DNA of 64,000 nucleotides, taken from the IMG/VR virus record IMGVR_UViG_3300027759_006101, positions 186,001 through 250,000 of that record. One strand, written 5' to 3'. The notes below the pieces were generated by a model. That model was not told where the DNA came from, made no database searches, and saw nothing but the letters and a program-made list of their open reading frames with translations. Positions 53,172 through 63,521 of this stretch are shown here, one piece after another; positions within the stretch are counted from its first letter, which is position 1, and each line of letters begins with the position of its first letter. The position numbers and the translations under genes were made by a program.

Positions 53172-53779
53172 ATCAAGTTAAACAATTTTTTTGGAAGTTA
53201 TTATCAACAGACAAATTTAATGATTTTTCAAGCTTAGCAGTAAAGACACCAGGCCCTATTAGCAAGAAAGCTGCTGTTGATGCTTGTGCGAAAGAAGTAT
53301 TAAGTGTAAGAGAAGATGGTGCTAATTCAGGAACTTTTGTAGAACGATATCTTTCTGCTGTTGGTCTTGGGGCTGGCAATCCTTGGTGTATGGCTTTTGT
53401 AGTTTTAAGATTAATTAAAGCTGCTCATTCATTAGCACTTACAATTCCAAATGAAATGCCAAGAACAGGAAGCACAGTAGTTTTTTCTAATTTTGGTAAG
53501 AAGAAAAGTTTGTGGATTAAAAGAGCTGATCTTGAGTTAGGTAGAGCAAGAATTCAAGAAGGCGATATTGTATTTTATTTCTTCGCTGCAAAAGGAAGAA
53601 TTGCTCACACTGGAATTGTTGTTGATGCTACTTCTAATAATGATTTTAAAACTGTTGAAGGTAATACATCTTCTGGTTTGAGAGATGTTGTTGATAGAGA
53701 TGGGCAAGGTGTTTATATGAAACAAAGAAGCATCTCATCTCTTGGTTTATTTGGTGGTGTAGTGAGATTACCTTACTAA
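53168..53779 (+). CDS. CHAP-domain peptidoglycan hydrolase (endolysin candidate)
   Basis: PWCMAFV (Cys), HTGIV (His) and TVEGNTS. Confidence 0.85.
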   Translation: MNQVKQFFWKLLSTDKFNDFSSLAVKTPGPISKKAAVDACAKEVLSVREDGANSGTFVERYLSAVGLGAGNPWCMAFVVLRLIKAAHSLALTIPNEMPRTGSTVVFSNFGKKKSLWIKRADLELGRARIQEGDIVFYFFAAKGRIAHTGIVVDATSNNDFKTVEGNTSSGLRDVVDRDGQGVYMKQRSISSLGLFGGVVRLPY

Positions 53780-54592
53780 CTCTGCAATCAATACTTCTGT
53801 TTTATTCTTAGTCAACGAAGCAGCAATAACTCTTCCTGTAGCATCAACAATTTGAGAATGTCCTTGAAAATATAGGGGAAACATCCATCCAGCACAATAT
53901 GGCCTGACTATTGTAAAACCATTTTCTTTAGCCCTTTGTATCTGAGGAGTTTCTTTATTGTAATCAAAAGGATATCCTGGGAAAGGGCGCCATCCATTAG
54001 AAGGAGCAAATAAAATTACTGCTCCTTCTTTTTTAAATTTACTAATATAATAAGCATCATTTAAGTCGTAACAAACACATAGCCCTACTTCACCAAATCT
54101 TGTCTCTAAAACAATAGGCTCGTATTGTGTTTGTAATCTAAGAGCTTTTTCAAATCCAACAAGATATTTTTTTGAAGCTTTGCCTACAACATCTCCATTA
54201 GAATCTATTAGTGTCTGAGAGTTATAAATACCATCATATCTTTTTTCATAATATGTTCCTGAAACTATATGAACATTATATTTTTTTGCAAGATTTGACA
54301 TAGTTTGCAAAATAATTTTTTCTTGATTTTTGATATTAAACAATCTTAAAATAAAAGATAAATCTAACTTTGAAATAACTTTATCAAATAAAGATTCAAA
54401 ATTATTTTTGATGTTTAGTGATGATATTTTTTCTTGCTTTGCAAACAATAAACAATAATTTATATTTTCTGGGAAGCATATAATATCAGGTTTTATAAGC
54501 AAATTTTCAAAAACTTGTTTTTCTATGTAATATTGAAAAGATTTTTGAGAAAAACAATATTTAAGATTAAGTTGAACAGAAGCAACTTTCAT
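53768..54592 (-). CDS. nitrilase/carbon-nitrogen hydrolase family protein
   Basis: E-K-C triad: ICFPEN, ASKKYL and GLCVCYDL; GHSQIVDATG. Confidence 0.85.
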   Translation of the reverse strand: MKVASVQLNLKYCFSQKSFQYYIEKQVFENLLIKPDIICFPENINYCLLFAKQEKISSLNIKNNFESLFDKVISKLDLSFILRLFNIKNQEKIILQTMSNLAKKYNVHIVSGTYYEKRYDGIYNSQTLIDSNGDVVGKASKKYLVGFEKALRLQTQYEPIVLETRFGEVGLCVCYDLNDAYYISKFKKEGAVILFAPSNGWRPFPGYPFDYNKETPQIQRAKENGFTIVRPYCAGWMFPLYFQGHSQIVDATGRVIAASLTKNKTEVLIAELVR

Positions 54593-56115
54593 TAGGTGTT
54601 TATAACTCTTCGTCTAAAGTAAAAGTCTTCGTCTCTTATGGCTAAAAACCAACCGTATCTAGCGCCATTAGCAAGAGTTGTATAGGTTACTGTAAAACCA
54701 TTTTCTCCAGTAAAGTTTTGTATATCACCTACTGCTTGAAGCGTTGGAGTTGTAGCAGTAAAACTCACAATACCATTAGTAGAAACTCTTCCTCTCATTG
54801 CATCATTTCCGTTAGTGTTGTTGTCAACGTTTCCATAAGATAAAGAAAATTGTTGCGATTTTTGAAATTCATACGTTGCACTTGTTACAGTCGTAGTAGC
54901 ATTAGATTGTAAAAGAAGTGCTGTATTAGAAGTAATTGAACTAACAACTCCAACAAGACGAAAATTGCTATCATACAAAGTGTCTGTGGCACCTAACTCT
55001 GAAAGAAAAGATGTGCCTGTACCACTTACAGAAGTATTAGCCGTGTTAGATGTAATAGTACCTGTTCCTGTAATGTTTTTTCCACCCAAACCATTTGCTG
55101 TAAAAAATGACATCACTTCACAACCATTATTAGCTGCTGTGTTTGTAGTGTTGAGAGTATTGGAGTGAGAAAAACAACCCAATACATGACAGGGCTTGAA
55201 TCCAACACCATAAGAGCTTGATGTTGTAGCAGTGCCCGTTGGAGATTGGAATGTTCCAGCTGCAAAAGATGGATCCAAAGTACGACCAAAACCAGCAGTC
55301 ATAGCTAAAAAAATTATTGAGTGTCCAGTATTCGCTGAACTTTGTGTCACTGCAAAACCAGTATCAAACATTGTTTGAAATTTAACACTTGATGTTGAAG
55401 CTAAAGTCAAGCTGCCATCGTCAGAGATTCTTGTTGTTACTGCGCTATTACCACCACCATCGTCTACATTCCTCCAGATAGCACCTACTTGAGATGTAAC
55501 AAAAGAACCGCCCGTAGAAGCTATTCTTACAGCTGCTCCAAAATGTAATTGCCCATCTGTTGTTTGAGCAGGACGTATATGAGAATATAAAATAGCATCT
55601 GGCTGAAATGTTGTTCCCACGACCGTTCTTGTATTTGCTGGAGGTGGAACTACGGTTTGTCCAACTGCACAAGTGAAGTCATCTCCTGCAAAAACTGTAA
55701 ATACTGCATCTAATGGTGTTTGCTGAGTGCCAACACCTTGATATGTGCCTAAAATAGTATCTTGAGCAAATCCTGTTAGCTGCCACTGTCTTCTGATAGT
55801 CTGTGCAGTATTTGTTGTAAATATTGAAACTGTATTACCGAAACTTGCTCTACTTACTACAGGGTCTGCAGCTTCCTCATTGCTTGTCCAAACGCAAGCA
55901 TTTGTAAGACCTGTACCTGCTATATTACTACCACCAAAACCAACTGAAAAACAAGGAAAGTCAGTAGTAGAATCAAAGTTATCAGGTTGTACAAAATTAT
56001 CTTGAGCGTAAACTAAGTAACCTTTAGGAACTCCAAATCCTGTTGGCAAACTAATGTTAAATGTACCACTTGCTTGAGCTGCAGGTATTCTGACAGATAC
56101 AATTCGAGTTTTCAT
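54592..56115 (-). CDS. putative tail/baseplate structural protein
   Basis: T/G/S-rich beta protein; SGTGTSFLSELG segment; coupled upstream of the nitrilase. Confidence 0.65.
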   Translation of the reverse strand: MKTRIVSVRIPAAQASGTFNISLPTGFGVPKGYLVYAQDNFVQPDNFDSTTDFPCFSVGFGGSNIAGTGLTNACVWTSNEEAADPVVSRASFGNTVSIFTTNTAQTIRRQWQLTGFAQDTILGTYQGVGTQQTPLDAVFTVFAGDDFTCAVGQTVVPPPANTRTVVGTTFQPDAILYSHIRPAQTTDGQLHFGAAVRIASTGGSFVTSQVGAIWRNVDDGGGNSAVTTRISDDGSLTLASTSSVKFQTMFDTGFAVTQSSANTGHSIIFLAMTAGFGRTLDPSFAAGTFQSPTGTATTSSSYGVGFKPCHVLGCFSHSNTLNTTNTAANNGCEVMSFFTANGLGGKNITGTGTITSNTANTSVSGTGTSFLSELGATDTLYDSNFRLVGVVSSITSNTALLLQSNATTTVTSATYEFQKSQQFSLSYGNVDNNTNGNDAMRGRVSTNGIVSFTATTPTLQAVGDIQNFTGENGFTVTYTTLANGARYGWFLAIRDEDFYFRRRVINT

Positions 56116-56132
56116 AATATTATTATAAAAAA

Positions 56133-59100
56133 TTAAACTTCGTTTAATGTAAATGACACTGAGAAGTTGGCGTGAGTAGCATTCAATAAATTAAAGTTCA
56201 ATCTCAAAAGATTTCCTGAAGTTACAAAAGTGCCTGCTACAAATGTGTTAGTTGTAGTCACATAAATGCCTGCACCAGAAAGGGTCAAACCTGAACCTCC
56301 AATTAAACTTGACCCTGTAGCAGCAAGAGTAAATGCTCCAGTGTCGGTCGAAGATCTTTCAAGTTGAATTCTTGAAGAGCCAGCAGATGGTGTTTCTACC
56401 CTTACATTAAATTCAGTAAGTATGAAAGTTTGCTTCGTAGCACCATCTTCAGAAGAGTCAGGTATTAGGTAAATTATGTTATCTGGACCGGCTGCCAAAG
56501 GTGTATATCCTGCTGCCATCCAAACATGGTGCTCCATTTTATTTCTTAGAACAACACGATTGCCTGTAACAGATGTAGTTGCTAATCCACCCTCCAGAGG
56601 GGCAAAGAACATATTTCCAGATGTATCAACTAATATTGTTGAATATCCATTACCGACAGGAGCTGTAGGTAAAGATAATGTATAGTTTGTAGCAACATTC
56701 GAAGCTTGAATAGCAGCGTATCGTGAGTTGTCAGCATTAAAAAATCTTACATCATTCTGCGCTCTCAAATCAAAGTTTGTAAATACAGAAATTGCAGTGC
56801 CAGCTTCGTGAATGTATATAGTGTCTGTAGCACCATTATTGACGGCAAATCTTATTGGGTGAGATGTTGTAGTACCCAAAACTAATGGCCCACTTGTAGC
56901 AGCCAAATAAGTTGCATTTGGCGCAAATAAGGCTCCTGAACCAGTAAAGGTACTAGAGTTCATACCAATTTCACCATAATTTGCAGCGTCTGTGCTTATA
57001 TCATTATTGACAACTAAATTGGCTGATGCACTAGTACCATTAGATTTATTTTGAATGACAAGTTGATTATATGAGTTGACAGTAGAAACAAATGAAGCTA
57101 GATTATTAGGAATGTTATAGCTTGGGGTTGTTCCTACAGATAAAGTAGTACCAACAAATAAACTCTTTGCAATTCCAGCCCCACCGTCAACTTGAAATGC
57201 GCCTGTTGTTGTAGATGTAGACTCTGTAGTATGAGTAATTTCTACTACTCCAGTTGAAGTATTGTTTGTAAATGTATTAGAACCAGAAACTGAAGCACCA
57301 GTTCCTGCATAATATGCTACTGAATATTGAGCATTAGGAATTGCTACTGTTCCTGAACCTGCTCCAGAAGAGCCACCTGATGGTGCAGCCACCCAAGCCA
57401 TAACTCCAGTGGTACTTGCAGACAAAAAGGATGTTCCAGTTCCAGAAGGGTAAGCAAGCGGAAGAGTATACGTCAAATTGGCTGCTTGTGAAGCGCTTGT
57501 TGTCAGTGTGTTGTTATTTGTTCGTGTTGCATATGAAGAGCTAGTAATGGTAAGGTCTGCAACTGTGGTTTTGCCAACATAATCCACTTTGAAAACTGAA
57601 AGATTAGATGGAGGTGAACCATTATCAAATTTTGCATCAATAAAGTTATATTGAGCTCCATTCAATGATGTATTACTCAGGGCTAAAAGTGTTCCAGTTG
57701 CAGAACCTGTAAAGTTTACAGAGTTATTTTCTCCTATCAATAATGCAAAATTTGTTGAACTGCCAGTGTTATAATTTATGGTTTTCAACATTCCAGTAGC
57801 GTTTGCATAATTGAAAGTCGATGACGCAGCAAAATTTCCAGTGCCAGAATTATATTGAACATCGCCAACAGACCCTGAAGGGGATCCACCACCACCACCA
57901 GCAGGAGCAGCCACCCAAGCCATAACACCAGCTTGTGTAGATGTCAAGAATGAAGCTCCAGCACTAGAAGGGGATGTTGGTGGAAGTATATATGTAGTGT
58001 TAACTCCAGACTGAGCGCTTGCAAATGCAGTATATAAACTACCGTTGAACATTTGTAATCTGCCACCAATGCTGACAGACAATCCAATTCCAACTCCACC
58101 TGTCGCTATTAAACCACCTACTCCAGGAGTTGTGGAATTGATATTTGACTCAAAGCGAGAAGCATCACCAACGTAAAGACTTCCACCAATCCCAGCTCCT
58201 CCTGTGACAGTTAAAGCCCCAGTTCCATTTGATATTGCTGCAATTGAAGAAGAAAATCTTGAAGCACCCGCAACATACAAACTCCCACCTATGCCAACTC
58301 CACCAATTGCTTGCAGAGCTCCAGTAGTAGTATTAATTGCTGCTGCCGTTCCAACTACTGTTATTGCTGTCCCTGCAGAAATTCCTACTGCAGCAAATGT
58401 TCCTCTTGCTGGATTTATTTGGATGGTATTTACAGTTGATAATCCTAAGCCTGTACCTGATGCTGCAGATATTACTGTTGGATAAAAGACTGCATCAACA
58501 ACGGTACTGCTAACTGCTACTGAGGATGCTGCTGAAGGAGGGACTGCAGCCCATATAGGTGCTGTACCCGGACCTTGGGCAGTCAGAACTTGATTTGTTG
58601 AACCAGAGGGAAGTTTACCTAATGATGTCGCAGTTGCAGCATATAATATATCCCCAACTGCATATGTATTAAATCCAGTACCACCGTAGAATGATGTGAT
58701 AGTGGAACCAGACCAAGTTCCTACAGTTACTAATCCATTATTTAGAACTACACCTGAAATGCTTGATGGAACTGATGTGCTAGTAAATACTGAACCACCA
58801 ATACCAACACCACCAGTTACTGTCAATGCTCCAGTTCCTGAACTTATGGATGAAGCGCTAGAGGTAAATCTTGAAGCTCCTCCAGCAAATACGGACCCAC
58901 CAATGCCTACTCCCCCAGTTACAACTAGAGCTCCACTGCCCACATCTATGGCAGCTGTAGTGGCTTCAAACTCGGATGGTAATGCTACATTTAAACTTCC
59001 GCCGATTCCAACGCCACCAGTGACTGTTAGTGCCCCGGTGCCTGAATTTAAAGATGCAATACTAGAAGTAAATCTAGAGGCTTCGCCTACATATAATGAA

Positions 59101-61544
59101 CCAGCAATTCCAGCTCCACCTGTCACGGTCAATGCCCCAGTTCCAATAGAAATTGCTGTGGCAGTTGAGGAGAACCTGGATGCTCCTCCTGCATTTATGC
59201 TTCCCCCAATTCCTACTCCACCAGTTACCACCAATGCGCCAGATCCAACATTTATTGAAGCTACCGATGATTCAAACTGTGAAGCAGATGCTACATACAA
59301 GCTTCCACCGATACCCACACCACCAGACACTGTAAGTGCTCCAGTTCCAGAAGATGATGCAACATTAGTGGCAGAGAATCTCGAAGCACTTCCTACAAAT
59401 AATGAGCCACCAATACCAACTCCTCCTATTACTTGTAGCGCCCCAGTAGTTGTGCTTGATGCTACTGCATTGCCTACTACAGTTATGGCAGTTCCAGCAG
59501 ATATACCAACTGCTGCAAAAGTTCCTCTAGCAGGGTTAATCTGAATAAAAGGAACTGTAGATAAACCTAATCCAGCGCCTGATACAGCGGACACTACGGT
59601 TGGATAAAAAACTTGATCTAATACGGTACTGATGACTGCTACCGATGATGCTGCAGATGCTGGCACTGCTACCCAAGTTACACCAGAAGGCGATGTAGCG
59701 CTGGCTGTTAGGACAAAATTATCTGAGCCAACTCCCTGTCTTATAAATGTATTACCAAAACCTACTAAAATATCGCCTTTTGTGTATGTGTTAAATCCGG
59801 TACCACCGTAAAAGGCCGTTATAGTTGAACCTGCCCAAGTCCCTTGATTCACCACACCCTGTATTACAGACAATCCCGAAATACTTGCACCAATTCCACC
59901 AACATACAAGCTTCCACCAATACCCACACCGCCAGACACTGTAAGTGCTCCTGTAGCAGAAGTTGTTGATACTGTAGCGTGAGATATATTTACTACACCA
60001 GTTGAAGTGTTGTTTGTAAACGTAGCAGAACCTGAAACAGAGGCGCCAGTTCCAGCATAATAAGCTACTGAGTGTTGAGCATTTGGAATTGCTACTGTAC
60101 CCGAACCAGCTCCAGAAGATGAAGATGCCACCATAGGAACCCAAGACATTACACCTTCCGCTGTTGATTGTAAAACTGATGATCCTGTAGCGGGAGTTGT
60201 TGCAGGAAGCGTATAAACTGTATTTCCTGTTCCTGAACTTACAAATGCTGTTACATTTGCTCCATTAAGTAATTGTAATCTGCCTGCCACACTAATTGAT
60301 TTTGCAAATCCAGCTCCGCCTGAAACTACTAAGCCACCTGTCGTAGATGATATAGAATTGTCAGTTGAATTGAACGTAGCTTTTCCTGTTGCTGCACCAA
60401 TATTCATTGCAGTAGCGGCACCAAATGCATTTATGGTTGTTGCATTTGTATTAAAAACAGCAAAAGTTGCGTCACCTGTAGTGACTCCTGTACCAAATGA
60501 AGGTTGAGTATTGAAGACTAAAACGCCTGAACCTGTTTCATCAGTTATTGCACTAAGTATTGCTGACGAGGTGGTTGAGGCAGAAACAGTACCAGAAGAT
60601 ATGGTCAATACACCAGAGGAAGAACCTAAGTTTTGCCCAGTTCCGCCATAAGTAGTAGATATAGCAGTACCGTTCCAAGTCCCTCTAGTTATTGTTGAAT
60701 TTGAAAAAGTGACGCCAGTTATACTTGCGCCAATACCTCCAACATACAAACTTCCGCCAATACCGACACCACCCGTGACTTTGAAGGCTCCGGTACTAGA
60801 ATCTGTTGCAACTGTAGCATGTGTAATACTTACTACACCTGTAACAGTGTTATTAGTAAAGGTATTAGATCCTATAACAGAAAGTCCAGTGCCAGGATAA
60901 TAGGCCATTTCATATTGGCCACCTTGTCCTACTCCAGCAGTGCTTCCTGTGCCTCCAGACCCAGTAGCAGTTGCCCAAGTAAGTGTAGCTGAACCGTTTG
61001 TTTGTAAAAATTGACCTGATGAACCATCTGTTGTTGGAAGCGTATATGTTATGTTTGTCGCAGCGTTAGATTTAAAGCCTGTGTAAAAAGTATTTCCAGA
61101 ATTATAAAGTAGTAAAGAATTTGCTGACCGTATTGATAAACTATTACTTCCTGATACTGCTGAATTACTAAAAATAAAATTATATAAACCATCATTGGAA
61201 GAAGCTAAACCAAAACTTCCCTTAAGATCTAATTTATATATAGGATTTGTTTGTCCAATTCCTACAATACCGCCATAAACTGCAAGGCCAACAGTTCCAC
61301 CAGCACTTGAAGACAATAATGGAACACCAGAAATATCTGACACAGCCCAGATTGTTCCTGAAGATAAGTTAGAGTCAATAGAAAAAACTTGTCCTTCATT
61401 ACTTGTGAAAGAAAGTGTATTATCATCTAAAACTTCAAGAGTAATAACTGATGAGCCAGCAGCAGAACCAGTAAAGACAATATTAGGATAAGTTGTCTTA
61501 TTTTTACTAGTTGTGATTCTTATATTTTTATCGGAGTTTGCCAT
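56133..61544 (-). CDS. giant Gly/Thr/Ser-rich tail fibre protein with GAL.V.GGVGIGGS repeats
   Basis: Tandem 34-aa repeats, duplicated modules and repeated YTLP...G.M.WV hinges. Confidence 0.8.
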   Translation of the reverse strand: MANSDKNIRITTSKNKTTYPNIVFTGSAAGSSVITLEVLDDNTLSFTSNEGQVFSIDSNLSSGTIWAVSDISGVPLLSSSAGGTVGLAVYGGIVGIGQTNPIYKLDLKGSFGLASSNDGLYNFIFSNSAVSGSNSLSIRSANSLLLYNSGNTFYTGFKSNAATNITYTLPTTDGSSGQFLQTNGSATLTWATATGSGGTGSTAGVGQGGQYEMAYYPGTGLSVIGSNTFTNNTVTGVVSITHATVATDSSTGAFKVTGGVGIGGSLYVGGIGASITGVTFSNSTITRGTWNGTAISTTYGGTGQNLGSSSGVLTISSGTVSASTTSSAILSAITDETGSGVLVFNTQPSFGTGVTTGDATFAVFNTNATTINAFGAATAMNIGAATGKATFNSTDNSISSTTGGLVVSGGAGFAKSISVAGRLQLLNGANVTAFVSSGTGNTVYTLPATTPATGSSVLQSTAEGVMSWVPMVASSSSGAGSGTVAIPNAQHSVAYYAGTGASVSGSATFTNNTSTGVVNISHATVSTTSATGALTVSGGVGIGGSLYVGGIGASISGLSVIQGVVNQGTWAGSTITAFYGGTGFNTYTKGDILVGFGNTFIRQGVGSDNFVLTASATSPSGVTWVAVPASAASSVAVISTVLDQVFYPTVVSAVSGAGLGLSTVPFIQINPARGTFAAVGISAGTAITVVGNAVASSTTTGALQVIGGVGIGGSLFVGSASRFSATNVASSSGTGALTVSGGVGIGGSLYVASASQFESSVASINVGSGALVVTGGVGIGGSINAGGASRFSSTATAISIGTGALTVTGGAGIAGSLYVGEASRFTSSIASLNSGTGALTVTGGVGIGGSLNVALPSEFEATTAAIDVGSGALVVTGGVGIGGSVFAGGASRFTSSASSISSGTGALTVTGGVGIGGSVFTSTSVPSSISGVVLNNGLVTVGTWSGSTITSFYGGTGFNTYAVGDILYAATATSLGKLPSGSTNQVLTAQGPGTAPIWAAVPPSAASSVAVSSTVVDAVFYPTVISAASGTGLGLSTVNTIQINPARGTFAAVGISAGTAITVVGTAAAINTTTGALQAIGGVGIGGSLYVAGASRFSSSIAAISNGTGALTVTGGAGIGGSLYVGDASRFESNINSTTPGVGGLIATGGVGIGLSVSIGGRLQMFNGSLYTAFASAQSGVNTTYILPPTSPSSAGASFLTSTQAGVMAWVAAPAGGGGGSPSGSVGDVQYNSGTGNFAASSTFNYANATGMLKTINYNTGSSTNFALLIGENNSVNFTGSATGTLLALSNTSLNGAQYNFIDAKFDNGSPPSNLSVFKVDYVGKTTVADLTITSSSYATRTNNNTLTTSASQAANLTYTLPLAYPSGTGTSFLSASTTGVMAWVAAPSGGSSGAGSGTVAIPNAQYSVAYYAGTGASVSGSNTFTNNTSTGVVEITHTTESTSTTTGAFQVDGGAGIAKSLFVGTTLSVGTTPSYNIPNNLASFVSTVNSYNQLVIQNKSNGTSASANLVVNNDISTDAANYGEIGMNSSTFTGSGALFAPNATYLAATSGPLVLGTTTSHPIRFAVNNGATDTIYIHEAGTAISVFTNFDLRAQNDVRFFNADNSRYAAIQASNVATNYTLSLPTAPVGNGYSTILVDTSGNMFFAPLEGGLATTSVTGNRVVLRNKMEHHVWMAAGYTPLAAGPDNIIYLIPDSSEDGATKQTFILTEFNVRVETPSAGSSRIQLERSSTDTGAFTLAATGSSLIGGSGLTLSGAGIYVTTTNTFVAGTFVTSGNLLRLNFNLLNATHANFSVSFTLNEV

Positions 61545-61587
61545 AGGAGTATCTATATATTATTATAAAAAAATGAGCCTTAATCTT

Positions 61588-62256
61588 TTATGGTAATCTG
61601 AATCTACCTTTCATTGCATCGTAATGTTGTTTAACTTGTAAATCGGATAATGCATCACCTATATTCAACCAAATAAAACCAATAGCACCATCACAGCCAA
61701 TATAGTCAAACACTTTAGAGTCTCCAGAACCTGTACCATTAGCGCTTAATCCAGTGAATGTAGTAAAAACAGAACCATTTACATACATAGTAGCAGCGGT
61801 ACCAGAACGTGTATATGCATAGTGTCGCCAAACATCATCTGTCATACCAAGTCCAGAGGTAGTAAAATCAACATTATGATGTCTCATAGTTACCTGGCCA
61901 GCAGCATTATGGCTAAATGTCAAAACATTGGATTGAATCTGCATAATTGTAGAATCAGTCCCTGTCTGTGCTACTTTATAAGAAAAAAATAAAGTATACT
62001 TATCACTAGTCTCGTTTCCAACTTGTTCTATTCTTTGCGAGAATTGTTGCTTGCTTGTTTGCTTGACATATTTTGAAACTCCCGAGCCAGCAATTAAATT
62101 CGTGGTGTTTGTCATAGTCCAATCTGTATATCCTCTGAATCTAAAAGGATTATTAAATGTAAATCCAGTTCCAGGGTACAAAACATTACTAGATGGGTCT
62201 AAAATATTATCAAATGTTTCCCAATATGGAACATTGGGGCCGCCTTTTACTCCCAT
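61588..62256 (-). CDS. LamG/ConA-like domain virion protein
   Basis: WRHYAYTRSG...MYVNG...ALS..QVKQHYDAMKGRF. Confidence 0.75.
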   Translation of the reverse strand: MGVKGGPNVPYWETFDNILDPSSNVLYPGTGFTFNNPFRFRGYTDWTMTNTTNLIAGSGVSKYVKQTSKQQFSQRIEQVGNETSDKYTLFFSYKVAQTGTDSTIMQIQSNVLTFSHNAAGQVTMRHHNVDFTTSGLGMTDDVWRHYAYTRSGTAATMYVNGSVFTTFTGLSANGTGSGDSKVFDYIGCDGAIGFIWLNIGDALSDLQVKQHYDAMKGRFRLP

Positions 62257-63521
62257 TATGGTAATCCAAATCTATTTTTAATAGAATTATATTGTGTAGA
62301 TATTTCTGTTGCCGTAAGCGCTCTGTTATATATTTGACAAAAACCAATATTGGCAGTAATTCCAGCATTGGAGCCGGAATCTGACTTTTCCATAAAAAAT
62401 CTGAATCTGGAAGTAGAATCATAAGTCATATCCGATGTGTCTGTTAAATTAGCACTATTTTCAGCAGATGTTCCAACAGCAGCACCATTAAAATAAATCT
62501 TAAATGCGCTTTCTACTCCTGCAATTGTTGTTGGAGGTGTGCCAGTATAAGTTATAGCGTAATGAAGCCAACGTCTATGATAAAGAGAATATCTTGTAAC
62601 ACCACCGGGATTTGTTCCTTGTGAATATCCAAAATCAAGATTGTCAGACAGATTACCCTTACCAGCATTCCAATGAGTGATGCTTGATCCTGTTGCTGGA
62701 AACCAAGAAGCGCTAAAATTGTATAGGTTATTTCTCCAACCATTATTTCCAATTATAATTGGGCCTGTCAAAACTGTACTGCCTGTAGAAGTTTGTAAAT
62801 CTGCTTTTAACTGCGATATATAAGGAACGAATCTATAAGTAGTAGATTTTTGAAGAGGGAAAATTGTAGCTGATGATGTGAATTCAAAAATATTACTATT
62901 TTGCCAAGTTAATATATATGTTTGCCCAAAACTTGATGTAGCACTTGTAGAAACAAAAGGTCCAGCTTGTCCACTAAAATATGTTTGTCCATAGTCTCCC
63001 CAAGATATAGCAGTTCCAGCATAGACCCTTCTGCCACCAAAAAATAAATCATTAGCAAGAACAAAAGTTAATTTAGTTGAAGATTCAGGATATAAAGCCC
63101 ATCCTTTATTATTGACAAATCCATTGACCATAAATCCAGATCTATATTCATTAGAATTATTCGCCCATTGCAAGACACAAATTACTGTAAACGGAGTGCT
63201 ATTATTCAATTCAAATGTAGAATCTTTAATTTCTCTTTCTGTTGTTTGTTGTGTATATGCTCCAGAAATAAATGATTTTGGAGGGTTTCTAATCAAAGGA
63301 GCAGTCCAAGCATCAGTTGCACCAGACAAATGAAATGACTGCATTAATTGATTGGGATTTATAGTGGATGAATATTTTTGCATACTAACACCTAATCCAC
63401 TTCCTAAATCAACGTATTGAAAAATTCTTTGAGAACTTGCATCAAATTCAAAGGTCAAGTTACTAGAAAAGTCTTGCCCTCTATTTTCACTTAATTTTCT
63501 TTGTCCAACTTTACTTCCCAT
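62256..63521 (-). CDS. LamG/ConA-like domain virion protein
   Basis: LTFEFDAS; WLHYAITY...IYFNG...IYNRALT..EI..QYN.IKNRFG. Confidence 0.75.
   Translation of the reverse strand: MGSKVGQRKLSENRGQDFSSNLTFEFDASSQRIFQYVDLGSGLGVSMQKYSSTINPNQLMQSFHLSGATDAWTAPLIRNPPKSFISGAYTQQTTEREIKDSTFELNNSTPFTVICVLQWANNSNEYRSGFMVNGFVNNKGWALYPESSTKLTFVLANDLFFGGRRVYAGTAISWGDYGQTYFSGQAGPFVSTSATSSFGQTYILTWQNSNIFEFTSSATIFPLQKSTTYRFVPYISQLKADLQTSTGSTVLTGPIIIGNNGWRNNLYNFSASWFPATGSSITHWNAGKGNLSDNLDFGYSQGTNPGGVTRYSLYHRRWLHYAITYTGTPPTTIAGVESAFKIYFNGAAVGTSAENSANLTDTSDMTYDSTSRFRFFMEKSDSGSNAGITANIGFCQIYNRALTATEISTQYNSIKNRFGLP

Noticed and set aside
58204-59544. Pro/Thr-rich + strand ORFs (e.g. 58696..59544, 282 aa)
   Set aside because: Antisense shadows of the Gly-rich tail-fibre repeats.
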